NCBI GenBank assembly: GCA_947628735.1
Contig: CANRAY010000001.1
Location: forward strand, 10,391-74,390
Length of the DNA stretch: 64,000 nt
From: an uncultured Clostridia bacterium
GTDB lineage: Bacteria > Bacillota > Clostridia > TANB77 > CAG-508
Reading direction: 5' to 3'
Part shown: positions 47,885 through 58,570 of the stretch, one piece after another
Numbering within the stretch: the first letter of the stretch is position 1
Layout: each line of letters opens with the position of its first letter
Program-made: the position numbers and the translations under genes
Notes under the pieces: model-generated
The model's database searches: none
Seen by the model: only the letters and a program-made list of their open reading frames with translations
Told to the model about the DNA's origin: nothing

Positions 47885-50800
47885 TTACAACTTTGCCTCT
47901 GTTTTACGTTTATAGAAAATTATGACTTCTGTAATTGATACTACAATAGCAATTATATAGACAATAAAGAATGTATAACCTGGAGCACCTGTTTTAACAC
48001 TCATAACTACTTCTGCCTCTGATGTATTATCTTTCTCGTTATTATCATCATAATGAGCATCATTATCAAAATCTTTTATCTCTGCTGTATTTATCTCTCT
48101 ACCAAAGTTTGCACTTCCTCTCTTCCATGTTAATTTTATTGTAAATTCTTTTGTTTCTCCTGGTTCTAAGCTTACTTCTGCCTCTAAGTTTCCATTTTTA
48201 TTTTCTGTCCACTCATCATATACTTCTTTTCCGATAGTAAAATGCTTTGGTAGTTTTTCTAATACTGTCGTCGTTCCTGCAATTTCTCCTGTGTTTGTTA
48301 CTCTTATCTTATATGTGATTTCTACGTCTGTGTCTTCCATTTCAGAACCCACAATCTCTACTTTTATTAGTTTTCCATCTAATACTTTCTGCTCTTCTCC
48401 ATTAATTACTGCTTTCGTTATTACTTTATCTACCTTAAAGTTGAATGTCTGCTTTCTATAGAAGTAAATTACTTCTTTATCTTCTTCTCCAAAGAATCCA
48501 TCTTGGTTTGTAGGTAATAATTCCTCTACTAAATCATAATATGGTATATCTAATGGGTCTGTTGTATATGGATCTCCTACATCTCCGGTTTGTTCTTCTC
48601 TATATGTCTCATATTCTCCTGTGTCTTCATCTGGATATAGAATTTCTTCTCCTGTATCTACATCTACGTGTTTTGTTACTACTTTTCCGCCAGGAATTCT
48701 TTCATAATAGTATTTTACGTAAGTATCTTCTTTCGTTACTATACCATTCTTATTATCTGGTTCTGGATCTGCTCTTCTATAGTTTGGTATATTTTCTCTT
48801 TCTGTTGTATACTCTTCTCCTATTGGATATTTTTCAACTTTTTCTGGTAATAATTCTTCTTCTGTATCTTTTTCTAAGTATTGCACAATTACTGTACCTA
48901 CTTTTTTCTTATAGTGATATACTACTTCTCCTCCTTCTTCTGTTAATGTACCATCTGTTTCTCCTTCTACATAGTCTAATTCATAGTCATCAAAATCTTT
49001 TGGTTCTGTATGATATGGATCTCCTATTTTTCCTGGTTGTCCTTCCCCTGGTATACGTTCTGGTGTAGCTAAATCGTTTCCGTCTTCATCTACCCATCTT
49101 ACATCAATACCTGGCGTTTCCTCATTAACATAGTAGAATGTTACTTCTATAGTACCGTCTTCATATACTCCGAATTCATTTCCTTTTACAGAATCAAATA
49201 CATAACCTGGAATAATTTCTTTTCTTGCTGTATATGTATCTCCTACTCTTCCTTCTTCCTCATATTTATATTCTTGTTGCACGCCATCTACTTCATGAGT
49301 AAGTTCTTCTCCTGTTTTCTTATCTTTATAATGCACTATCAATTTTCCTCTAATATCAACTGGTGTAGTTTCAATATCTGTTACTACATTACTTGAATTA
49401 TTTGCATAAAGGTCTAATATTGCATCTACTTTATTTGAAAGACTATTAATACTACTATCAATATCATTAAATACTAACACAATATTAGTTTTGAATTGAA
49501 TTGAATAATTACCATTTTCATCTGTATTAATATTATTCATTGAAATTTCCCATGTTATTGTATTTGTATTTTCATCATAAACACCTGTATAAGTACCATC
49601 ACTTAATACAGAGCTTTCTGCATCAATATGATATGGCAAATAATCAATAATCTTTAATTTAGCATCTCCACGGTAATCTGTTAATGTTGCTTGATAATTA
49701 ATAGTATAATTTACACCTTCTCTAAATGATGTTATCTTTTCTGGTCCATCTTTATTTATTACTGCATCAATATTTTCAGCTATTGTTCTGTACCTATTTG
49801 TAATAATAATTGGATTTTCACCAGACAATGTTGGTGCCTCATAAAATAGTAAATCTTCTGGATTTGCTTCTATTTCTTCAACACTATACACAATTTTATT
49901 TCCTAAAGCAGAATATTTATCTAAGTTTTCAAAAGTTGTGGTCCAATTATTTCCTGCATTTAATACAGCTCTTTTATCTGTTCTAACTCCATCTGCAATT
50001 AATTCAACAATTATACTTGATGGTCTTTTTCCATTATGATCATCACCATCTTCCCAAACTTTTTGAACAGCTTGATTTACTATGTATTTTTGCTCTACTG
50101 TTTCCTTATCTTCTTTTTCATCAACTTTTCTTTTTTCATTTGGTGCTGGTGTATAATTCTCTGGATTATATAATATAACTTTTGCATTAACTTTATTTTC
50201 TAATGGTAATAAAACATTTTGATCTTCATATACAATTTCTATATTTTTACTAATTGTTTCTTCATATATTCCATCTGTAAATGTATCGATATTCTTTTCA
50301 ATTGTCCATGTAATTGTTCTACTCTCAGGATGATATGTTCCACCATCTAATTTTGACGCACCCTTATTAATAGCAGCTGGTAAAATATCTTTTAATGCAA
50401 TTGTTACTTTTCCTTTATATGTATCCACTTTTACTTTTTGTGTAATATTATATTTTACGACACCATTTTCTTGTGTTAATACTTTAATTTCTGCTGTCTT
50501 ATCCACGCTATTTTCTATTGTAGGATCCTTCAATTTATAATAATAATTTGCATGTTTAGTTTCTTTTTCTCTAATTCCTGTATGATTGTCACTTTCTGGT
50601 TCTGGATTAATACATTCATAATTTGGATCAAGTTCTTCACCTGTTAATGGACTAGTAGTATAAGTTTCTCCAACTAAGCCAGGTGCTAATTGTCTATCTT
50701 CTACTAATTTGTCAGTTGTTCTTCCACCTTTATCTTCATCATATATATAGTGGTGTACAATAACATCTCCTTGAATCTCTAAATTAGCTGAATGATTATC

Positions 50801-53800
50801 CTCTGTTGTTTCTGTTTTAACAATAACATCTTCCTCATTTTCTTCCTGTATTAAATCAACAGTTACTTGAACTTTATTATTAATACTTCCTGTTAGTTCT
50901 CCTCCATCCGGATAAATATATTTTAACTCCAAATTTTTTATACGATTAATAATATTATTTTGTCCTTCAAATGAATCAACTGTTAATATTTCTTCCCATG
51001 TAATTGTATAGGTTCCATCAATTGCTTGATAATGACCTCCATTTAATTGTGAATTTGCATCATCAATTGGGAAAGGTAATGTATCTACCATTGTTATTTT
51101 TGCTTTTCCTTTGAAGTCTTTAATTTCAGCATTATATTCAATTGAATATCTTACTTTTGCATTTACATCAGCTACTGTAACATCTCCTGATTTATCAACA
51201 CTATGATCTACTATTGGTTCAGGTTTTTTATATGGTGTATCTATTTCATTTGTTTCTTTGCCATCTACCACTGCAACGTTTTTAATAATAGCATCTTTAT
51301 TTTGATAATTTACAGTAACTTCGAAGCTTACAGTTGTCTTCATTCCAGCTTTTAGCTCAGAAATTTTCCATGTTATTTCACCTTGACCATTATAAACTCC
51401 ATCATTATCAATATGTTTTAAAACTGTTCCTTCTGGAATTTTATCTTTTACTACAATTTTAGATACATCAACTTCACTAATATTTTCTACAGTAATGATA
51501 TATTTAATAACATCTCCCACTGTTACTGAATTTTCTGGAAGTTGTTCTTTTTCTTTATTTGAAATTTCCACTGTTTTGTAATATTTCATTACAGGAGTTT
51601 TGGTTTCATTCGTTTCTATTTCTTTTGGATCAGGTTCTTCTGGATCTTGATTTGTTTTACTTTCTTGATATGTAGCTTTATTACGTATTGTTACCTGAGG
51701 TTGATTTTCTATATTTAATACTCTTACTTCAAAAATTACCTTAGATGTTGAATTTGCTTCAACCTTTACATCAATACCATCCCTTAAATTATCTTCTGTA
51801 TAAGTACCTTCTACTCTCATGTCATTTGAATCTAGTACTTCAATACTATCTGAAACAAACTCTGTATTATCTGGTGCAGTATCTTTTACTTTTACTGTTG
51901 TTGCTAAATCTCCTTTGTTTGTTAAAGTAATTGTATACTTGATTTTTTCACCTTCAATTACATATTCTCTACCATATTCAGATGTAGCCACTTTTTCAGC
52001 AACTATATCTGTTTCAACATATGGATTTTCAACAATATTTGTTTTTCTTCCTTCTGGCTCTTTTGTTGCATCATCAATAACAGTTGCAACATTTTTAATT
52101 GTCGCACCTTTCTCCAAATCTTTTACTTTTACTTTAAATTCTACTTTTTTCTTTGCCCCTGCATCAATAGTTACTGAAATACCACTCTCTAACTGTGTAT
52201 CATCAATACCTTGATTTTCTGACTCCCAAGTATCCTCATCATTTTTGTATTTCATAACTTTAATACTATTGGCTACTAAATCAGTTCCTGTTGGAACATT
52301 ATCTTTTACTTTAACAGTTGCTGGAGCTTTTCCTGTACTATTATCTAATAAAATAGTATAAGTAATAACTTGACCTGCAGTTACTGCTTCTTTAGGATCA
52401 TTCATTTTGCTTACTTTTAGATCTGATTTATCTACTACTGTTTCTACTTTTGGAGTTTCCTTTCCATCTACAGTAGCTATATTCTCAATCTTTCCAACTT
52501 TAGCATCACCCTCTAAATCATTTACAGTAACTTTAAAGCTTACAACAACACTTGAATTTTCCTTAACATCTACATCTATACCAGATTCTAAATCTGCTTC
52601 TTTAACAGTAGTTCTTTCTTCCTCACCTACTTTTACACTTCCTTCTACAAAAGTAGTTCCATCAGGTGCAGAATCTATTACCTTTACTTTTTTTGCTAAG
52701 TTACCACTATTAGTAATAGTAATATAATAAGTAAGTGTATCATTTGGAACCGCATATGGTTGTTCTGAACTAATTTCTACTGTTTTCTTCATTGAAATAT
52801 CAGATCTCTTATATGGATCTTCTACTTCATTTGTTTCATGCTCATCTTTTGGATCTGGATCTGGTTTTGGATCATCTGGATTATAATTTGGCCCTACTAC
52901 TGTATAAGTTCCTTTATTTACAATTTTTTCTACTCCTGCTAATTCTTTTACTGTTACTTGGAACTCTAACGTTTTTTCTTCACCTGGAGCTACCTTTACA
53001 GTAATTCCACTTTTCAAATCTTCTGCCGTATAATCTCCTTCAGATTTTGGTTCTTCTTCTCCTGAGCTTTTCTTTACTTTAATGCTCTTTTCTACCAATT
53101 CTACTTGTTCTTCTAAAATAGGATCTTTAATTGTAACAGTTCCTTCTGCTTTTCCACTATTTGTAATAGTTAAAGTATATGTTATAACATCTCCTGTTGT
53201 AACATATTCATTTTCTATTTCTGATGATTTTGTAATATTTATTTCTGGTCTTGCATAATCAGTTTCTGTTTCATTAGTAGGATGTTCTCCTACCGTTGCT
53301 ACATTTTTTATCTTATGTCCTTCTGGAATTTCTACTACAGTTACTTCAAAACTTACTGTTTTAGTTTCTCCCTTTTCTCCATCATGTCCTCCTGCTAATG
53401 AGTCTATTGTCCATGTTATTTCGTTAGTTTCTTCACTATAATTTTCTTGATTATCTGATGATTTATATTTTGTTCCATTAGGTATTTTATCTTTAATAAT
53501 GATATCACTTGCATTTTCTTCACTTATATTGCTTACTTCTATTGTATATTTTATTGTATCTCCCATAGTAGCACAATTATCTTTTACCTGTCCCTCTACT
53601 TTTCTTGTTATTTCCACAGTTTTTTTAGTAACAATAACTGGTGTTTTAGTTTCTACTGTTTTATCTTCTGGTTTTGGTTCCGGATGATCAGGTTGAGTAA
53701 TAGTAGCAATATTCGTAATTGTTTCTTTAGTTTCATCTGTTATTTTATTTACTTTTACTCTAAATTCAAGTACTGCTTTTCCTTTTGCTGGAACACTAAT

Positions 53801-56800
53801 ATCAATACCATCCTTTAACTCTTGTTCAGTATATACAGATCTAAGTGAAGCATCATTTATTTTGATAATAATACTATCATCAACAAATGTTGTTCCTTCT
53901 GGAGCAGAATCTTTTACATTTGCTGTTCCATCTAAATCTCCACTATTTGTTAATGTAATTGTATATGTAATTTCTTCTCCTTCCATTGCATATTTTCTAG
54001 TTGTTCCATCTACTAATTTTACAAATGCATCTTTTTCTCCTGTAATAACTGCTTCTTTATATGTATTTACAACTTGTACTGTGTGAGTTTCTGGTTGCTC
54101 TTGATTTGGTATATCTTCTGTAACAGTTGCAACATTTTTAATTTCAGCACCATTTGTTAAATCTTTTTCTATTTGTGATACTTTTACCGAAAATTCTACT
54201 GTTGCTATTGTATGTGCTGGAATTTCTATAGATATTCCATTTTTCAAATTATCTTCACTATATGAATTTCCTTCTGATGGATTTTGTTTTTCTTCACCTA
54301 TTTTTACAATAATACTATTTTCAACAAATGTTGTACCCTCTGGAGCCGTATCTTTTACAGTTGTTTTTGCAGGAGCAGTTCCATTTGTATTATCTAATTT
54401 GATTGTATATGTAATTGTATCATTTACTTTTACTGCTGTTTCAGAATCTGGATTATTTATTTTACTTACTTTTAAATCTGAAGCATATTCTTTTATTGGC
54501 TCACTAGTTGGATTATCCTTTGGATCATCAGTTGGATCTTCTCCTGGTTCTTCATCATTATCTTCTATATGAGCTGTATTAATAATTTCTCTTTCTGTTT
54601 CTTCTTCATTTAAAGGTAAAACTTTTACTCTAAATGTTAATGTTTTTGATTTTCCTGCTTCTAAAGTTACATCAATTCCATTTATTAAATCTTGTTGCGT
54701 ATAATCAGTACCATCAAGTTTTACTTGTACTTGATTATCACTATCTTCAATTTTAATACTTTTATCAACAAATTCTGTACCTGCTGGAATCTCATCTTTA
54801 ATTTTAGCTGTTCCTTCTTTGTTTCCGTTATTAGTTACAGTAATAGTATATTCTATAAAATCTCCTGCTACTGCATATGTTCTTTCTTCCTCATCTTCAG
54901 CTAATATTAATTTAGCTGTTTTTGTAGCAATAATATCTGCCGCTTCATAAGTATTTTCAATAATAACATAAACAGTTGGTTGATGTTCATAATCATTATT
55001 TTCTATTCTTATTGTAGTATCATCCAACTCAGAAAGATTTTCTAATTTTATTTTTCCATCTTCATCTCTTGAAACAGTAAATTTATGTTCTTTGTCATCT
55101 TTTACATATTTATTATTTCCTACTTCTTCTTGAGTAACAGTCCATGTATCTTCTAATTCATTTTCCCATGTTGCTTTTCCATCTTCTGCTACTTTGATAT
55201 TATCTTCTTTTTCCTGTTTCTCACCTTCTACTTTGATTTTTGAACCTGTAATATAATCTTCAGAACCTTTTACCTTATTCTCTACAACAATATTATATTT
55301 GTATTTATTTTGAACATCTAATCTAACAGTTGGAACATCAGATTCTGGATCTTCAATTTCTGTTGCTTTTATAAATTCTTTTGTTTTTTCTTCCTCATCT
55401 AAAATTTCAAATACAAGATCTCCATTAAGGTCTGTTGTTAAACGGAACTTAATTTCATTTTCATCTCTAATATATGGATCACTGATTTTACTTTGATGAA
55501 CTGTATACACTGCTCCTACATATAAATCATCATAAACTGCAGGATTATTTCCTGTAACTTTATCATTATTCCAATCTTCTCCAAGATTTTCACCTTTTAT
55601 TTGGAAAGTAGCTTCAGCATTTGTTACAGTTTCTGTTGCATTTGGAATTAATGACTCTGTTTTAAATTTATAATCGCTAATTTTTAATTTATATTTTTGT
55701 CCACCTATTTGTAGTCCAACTTTATCTGGTTCAGTTGAAGTTTCACTAGACGTACCCTTAGAATGGAAATAAATAGCATGATCTGCATAAGTCTTTTGTC
55801 CATAAGATAATTTTTCTGGTAAATCAATCCAGTAATAGAAACTAAAATTAGACTTTGCTGGAACTTCTGAACTTATTTCTATTTTATATGATTTAATATT
55901 TTCCCAATCAGTTGGATGTTCTTCCCATTCCGAACCATCTTTTGTTGCATTTTCATCTGTTGAATAATATACTTTATAACTTAAATTTTGTTTATAATTC
56001 TCGTCTATTTTAATTCCTGTTTCTTCCATTGTTGTTGAGAATTCTGATCCAAGCTCTATACTGCTATTTATTACATGATCATTTCCTACAAATGGAATTC
56101 TTCCTACAATAACTGTACCTGTAATCGGATTAGAATATCCATTTGAAACTAATATATTTACTCTTGCTTTATTACCTGATGCACTTGGTATAATTGAAGC
56201 TATATTTGGTCCTTCTACAATAGAACCTAATTCATCAAAATCTGTAATTTGTGTTTTGGTTACTAAATTATCTGTTTGTGCATAATATATTACTGGTTTT
56301 TCAATTCTGGTCTTCTCATTCTTATTACTGTCACCATCAATATCATAAATATCATCAACATATTCTGATGATCCTAGATATGCAACATCATAATATTCAC
56401 AAATACTGTTATATCCAAATACTCTAATTCTATCAGCTGATTCTAGTGTAGGATTTTCAACTAATGATTGAAATTTTAAAAGTGAGTCTGAGTTTGATGT
56501 AATAATTCCTTCTGTTTCTATTTTCATCACAATATGATTTTCTATTTTTTCTATTTTTACTTTTTTAACTTTTACATTCACTCTACTAGTCGAAAAACTA
56601 CTATATGAAACTTTTGTAAAATTATCTGGAAACTCTATATATAACGTTGGATTTACCCATGCTGTAAATTGTCTATCAATATCACTATCTCCTGCAAAAA
56701 AATGAATTATCATAGTATTTTTATTCAATTTTTGTGGGTCAAATGTATAATTTTCTTTATCAAACTCTGGATAATATGATGTACTACCTTCTCTATAATC

Positions 56801-58570
56801 TACATTTTTTACATCACCATTAATTGAAGTTAGTTTTGCTTCATCACTATATTTAACAAGTCCATGTAATGTAGAATATAATTTTACAAATTTCTCAAAT
56901 TCATCTTTATCATGTTCTGTTTTTAATATTTGATTATCAATATTTTTTATATGTTCTATCTTAATATTACCTGTTGATACTGGTTTACTTGTTTCTATTC
57001 TAATATGCTCAATAGGAGTATCATATTTTATTAATTCATTTGCATCAGTATATCTAATTTCCTTAACAACTTTATCAGAATCTGCATCATAAACATAAAC
57101 AATTCCATTTTCACCCAAAACATCAAATGTTGTCTCAGAAACACGAATACCTTCATAATGAATAAATGGATCCATGTCGTAAAAATTACCATCTGAATCT
57201 GCAAAATGATCTGTATCTTCTTCATAAGCTTCATCTAAAACATTTTTTGCATTTGAATAATCTTCTGCAAAAACGAATTTCTCTATTTTTTCATCATACA
57301 AATAGAAATCTAGGTTCCAGTCAACCTTATAGTTAACTTTCATGTCAACATTTTTATCATAGATTAATCTACTATTTGTTTTAGATAATAATGATTCATC
57401 AATATCAATATTATATAAAAGCACAGAACCTTTAGGATTTTTTACATCAACTGACATTGTTACACTTTTTTCTTTAGACTGCACTTTTTCTCTTTCACCA
57501 TTTATGTTAGTTGACCATCCCTCTAGATATGCACTTGCTGTAAAGTCAATATTATTAGTTGTGGCTTCTATTTCATCATATACTTCAATTGGATATTCCA
57601 TAACAATATTAGTAAAATACCATTGTTCCCCATAAATAACATAACCTTTTCCCGCATCTGACAATGGATTTTCTATACTAATTTTTAATTCACCTGTTGA
57701 CTTATCATATGATTGCTCTTTAATGTTTTTTTTGTAAGTACTCATATCATTAACATGAATTGCTGTAGGATACTGTCCTCCTATACTTGGGGCTGTTCCA
57801 CTAATAACAAGTCCAGCATCTGGTGCCATTACAGTATCAGTATCTCCAGTTTTTGTAAATGCCCATGGATTATAAACAAGATATACCTTTTCTTCTTTTT
57901 CATCTACAATAAATAAATTATCTTCAGCATAACACCAAAAACCATACTCATATTCATAATCAATACTTCCATACCAATCAATTCTAAATTCAATTTCCTT
58001 TTTAATTTTTTGAGTCTGACCACTTTTATCTATATAATTACCACTAAAGGTTAACTTATTTGTTCTAGAAAGAAGATTAACATTAAATGTATCCATAAAA
58101 GTATCAAAAACTTTTTGTTCAAAAGTAAGGTCAATTGGTTTTGTAGTACCGTTATTTATTGTATTGAAATAAATTGAATTACCACTTACACTTCTAATTT
58201 GGTCATCTGTAGAAATATTTTTTATCATTGAAAAATTGCCATTTGATTCCCAAGATATTTGTGCATTCTGTAACTGTCCTTCTGTTTGGACTGTTAATGT
58301 AGTTTTCAATACAACTTGTTCATTTAGCTCTTGCCTAATACCCCTATATTTTTTTCCATCTGTTGATTCGAAATATGCATCAAACTTTACAAATTCAGAA
58401 CCTGTATCTGATGAATTTTCTGGTAATTGTTCAAAGTTTTCAAAAGATTCTGTGTTTTTAACTGCTTTTACTTCGACATTTGAAAAACTACCCAATATTG
58501 CTGTCATAATACAAATAATTGCAATAATTAAAAACAAAAACTTTAATTTAACCGATACCTTTTTCTCCAT
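47885..58570 (-). CDS. Giant cell-wall-anchored surface protein paralog P3 (3561 aa)
   Basis: It starts with a signal peptide (FLFLIIAIICIMTAILGSFSNVEVKA) and a ~950-aa N-terminal region homologous to P1 and P2 (FRIDWYGSIDYEYE, NPKGSVLLYNIDIDE, IEHIRIETSKPV, IVEGPNIASI, VGRIPFVGN, YADHAIYF). SpaA-like folds and nine DUF11-type repeats follow. Then come isopeptide-D2-like modules, a Cna-B-type domain (about 49870-50090) and four tandem MucBP-like repeats (about 48450-49350). It ends in SVKTG + TM + KRK. Confidence 0.92.
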   Translation of the reverse strand: MEKKVSVKLKFLFLIIAIICIMTAILGSFSNVEVKAVKNTESFENFEQLPENSSDTGSEFVKFDAYFESTDGKKYRGIRQELNEQVVLKTTLTVQTEGQLQNAQISWESNGNFSMIKNISTDDQIRSVSGNSIYFNTINNGTTKPIDLTFEQKVFDTFMDTFNVNLLSRTNKLTFSGNYIDKSGQTQKIKKEIEFRIDWYGSIDYEYEYGFWCYAEDNLFIVDEKEEKVYLVYNPWAFTKTGDTDTVMAPDAGLVISGTAPSIGGQYPTAIHVNDMSTYKKNIKEQSYDKSTGELKISIENPLSDAGKGYVIYGEQWYFTNIVMEYPIEVYDEIEATTNNIDFTASAYLEGWSTNINGEREKVQSKEKSVTMSVDVKNPKGSVLLYNIDIDESLLSKTNSRLIYDKNVDMKVNYKVDWNLDFYLYDEKIEKFVFAEDYSNAKNVLDEAYEEDTDHFADSDGNFYDMDPFIHYEGIRVSETTFDVLGENGIVYVYDADSDKVVKEIRYTDANELIKYDTPIEHIRIETSKPVSTGNIKIEHIKNIDNQILKTEHDKDEFEKFVKLYSTLHGLVKYSDEAKLTSINGDVKNVDYREGSTSYYPEFDKENYTFDPQKLNKNTMIIHFFAGDSDIDRQFTAWVNPTLYIEFPDNFTKVSYSSFSTSRVNVKVKKVKIEKIENHIVMKIETEGIITSNSDSLLKFQSLVENPTLESADRIRVFGYNSICEYYDVAYLGSSEYVDDIYDIDGDSNKNEKTRIEKPVIYYAQTDNLVTKTQITDFDELGSIVEGPNIASIIPSASGNKARVNILVSNGYSNPITGTVIVGRIPFVGNDHVINSSIELGSEFSTTMEETGIKIDENYKQNLSYKVYYSTDENATKDGSEWEEHPTDWENIKSYKIEISSEVPAKSNFSFYYWIDLPEKLSYGQKTYADHAIYFHSKGTSSETSTEPDKVGLQIGGQKYKLKISDYKFKTESLIPNATETVTNAEATFQIKGENLGEDWNNDKVTGNNPAVYDDLYVGAVYTVHQSKISDPYIRDENEIKFRLTTDLNGDLVFEILDEEEKTKEFIKATEIEDPESDVPTVRLDVQNKYKYNIVVENKVKGSEDYITGSKIKVEGEKQEKEDNIKVAEDGKATWENELEDTWTVTQEEVGNNKYVKDDKEHKFTVSRDEDGKIKLENLSELDDTTIRIENNDYEHQPTVYVIIENTYEAADIIATKTAKLILAEDEEERTYAVAGDFIEYTITVTNNGNKEGTAKIKDEIPAGTEFVDKSIKIEDSDNQVQVKLDGTDYTQQDLINGIDVTLEAGKSKTLTFRVKVLPLNEEETEREIINTAHIEDNDEEPGEDPTDDPKDNPTSEPIKEYASDLKVSKINNPDSETAVKVNDTITYTIKLDNTNGTAPAKTTVKDTAPEGTTFVENSIIVKIGEEKQNPSEGNSYSEDNLKNGISIEIPAHTIATVEFSVKVSQIEKDLTNGAEIKNVATVTEDIPNQEQPETHTVQVVNTYKEAVITGEKDAFVKLVDGTTRKYAMEGEEITYTITLTNSGDLDGTANVKDSAPEGTTFVDDSIIIKINDASLRSVYTEQELKDGIDISVPAKGKAVLEFRVKVNKITDETKETITNIATITQPDHPEPKPEDKTVETKTPVIVTKKTVEITRKVEGQVKDNCATMGDTIKYTIEVSNISEENASDIIIKDKIPNGTKYKSSDNQENYSEETNEITWTIDSLAGGHDGEKGETKTVSFEVTVVEIPEGHKIKNVATVGEHPTNETETDYARPEINITKSSEIENEYVTTGDVITYTLTITNSGKAEGTVTIKDPILEEQVELVEKSIKVKKSSGEEEPKSEGDYTAEDLKSGITVKVAPGEEKTLEFQVTVKELAGVEKIVNKGTYTVVGPNYNPDDPKPDPDPKDEHETNEVEDPYKRSDISMKKTVEISSEQPYAVPNDTLTYYITITNSGNLAKKVKVIDSAPDGTTFVEGSVKVGEEERTTVKEADLESGIDVDVKENSSVVVSFKVTVNDLEGDAKVGKIENIATVDGKETPKVETVVDKSDLKVSKMNDPKEAVTAGQVITYTILLDNSTGKAPATVKVKDNVPTGTDLVANSIKVMKYKNDEDTWESENQGIDDTQLESGISVTIDAGAKKKVEFKVKVKDLEKGATIKNVATVIDDATKEPEGRKTNIVENPYVETDIVAEKVATSEYGREYVIEGEKIKYTITLTNKGDLATTVKVKDTAPDNTEFVSDSIEVLDSNDMRVEGTYTEDNLRDGIDVKVEANSTSKVIFEVRVLNIENQPQVTIRNKATYQESKTNQDPEEPDPKEIETNETKTPVMKYYKTVEISNKEKEQLPENSVTVGDVIKYIITVENISEVDVSKIVVKDKIPEGTVLKHIDNDGVYNGQGEITWKISELKAGMKTTVSFEVTVNYQNKDAIIKNVAVVDGKETNEIDTPYKKPEPIVDHSVDKSGDVTVADVNAKVRYSIEYNAEIKDFKGKAKITMVDTLPFPIDDANSQLNGGHYQAIDGTYTITWEEILTVDSFEGQNNIINRIKNLELKYIYPDGGELTGSINNKVQVTVDLIQEENEEDVIVKTETTEDNHSANLEIQGDVIVHHYIYDEDKGGRTTDKLVEDRQLAPGLVGETYTTSPLTGEELDPNYECINPEPESDNHTGIREKETKHANYYYKLKDPTIENSVDKTAEIKVLTQENGVVKYNITQKVKVDTYKGKVTIALKDILPAAINKGASKLDGGTYHPESRTITWTIEKNIDTFTDGIYEETISKNIEIVYEDQNVLLPLENKVNAKVILYNPENYTPAPNEKRKVDEKEDKETVEQKYIVNQAVQKVWEDGDDHNGKRPSSIIVELIADGVRTDKRAVLNAGNNWTTTFENLDKYSALGNKIVYSVEEIEANPEDLLFYEAPTLSGENPIIITNRYRTIAENIDAVINKDGPEKITSFREGVNYTINYQATLTDYRGDAKLKIIDYLPYHIDAESSVLSDGTYTGVYDENTNTITWEISMNNINTDENGNYSIQFKTNIVLVFNDIDSSINSLSNKVDAILDLYANNSSNVVTDIETTPVDIRGKLIVHYKDKKTGEELTHEVDGVQQEYKYEEEGRVGDTYTARKEIIPGYVFDSVKGNEFGVYEDGTIEVTFYYVNEETPGIDVRWVDEDGNDLATPERIPGEGQPGKIGDPYHTEPKDFDDYELDYVEGETDGTLTEEGGEVVYHYKKKVGTVIVQYLEKDTEEELLPEKVEKYPIGEEYTTERENIPNYRRADPEPDNKNGIVTKEDTYVKYYYERIPGGKVVTKHVDVDTGEEILYPDEDTGEYETYREEQTGDVGDPYTTDPLDIPYYDLVEELLPTNQDGFFGEEDKEVIYFYRKQTFNFKVDKVITKAVINGEEQKVLDGKLIKVEIVGSEMEDTDVEITYKIRVTNTGEIAGTTTVLEKLPKHFTIGKEVYDEWTENKNGNLEAEVSLEPGETKEFTIKLTWKRGSANFGREINTAEIKDFDNDAHYDDNNEKDNTSEAEVVMSVKTGAPGYTFFIVYIIAIVVSITEVIIFYKRKTEAKL
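47987..48001 (-). other. Putative non-canonical sortase recognition motif SVKTG of P3
   Basis: AGTGTTAAAACAGGT encodes SVKTG. It is followed by APGYTFFIVYIIAIVVSITEVIIFY and KRKTEAKL. Confidence 0.55.
51306..54878 (-). repeat. Array of nine diverged DUF11-type (conserved repeat domain) modules within P3
   Basis: The recurring pattern is GD.I.YTIT..N.G...... V.D..P.GT.FV..SI.V ... L..GI.V.V......V.F.V.V, about every 85-130 aa. I counted nine copies by eye in the translation. Confidence 0.75.

Noticed and set aside
51306-54878. Regular periodicity that could be mistaken for a CRISPR or other DNA repeat array
   Set aside because: The period is about 260-390 bp, and the similarity exists at the protein level (DUF11-type modules) with diverged DNA. 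There are no short identical direct repeats with unique spacers.
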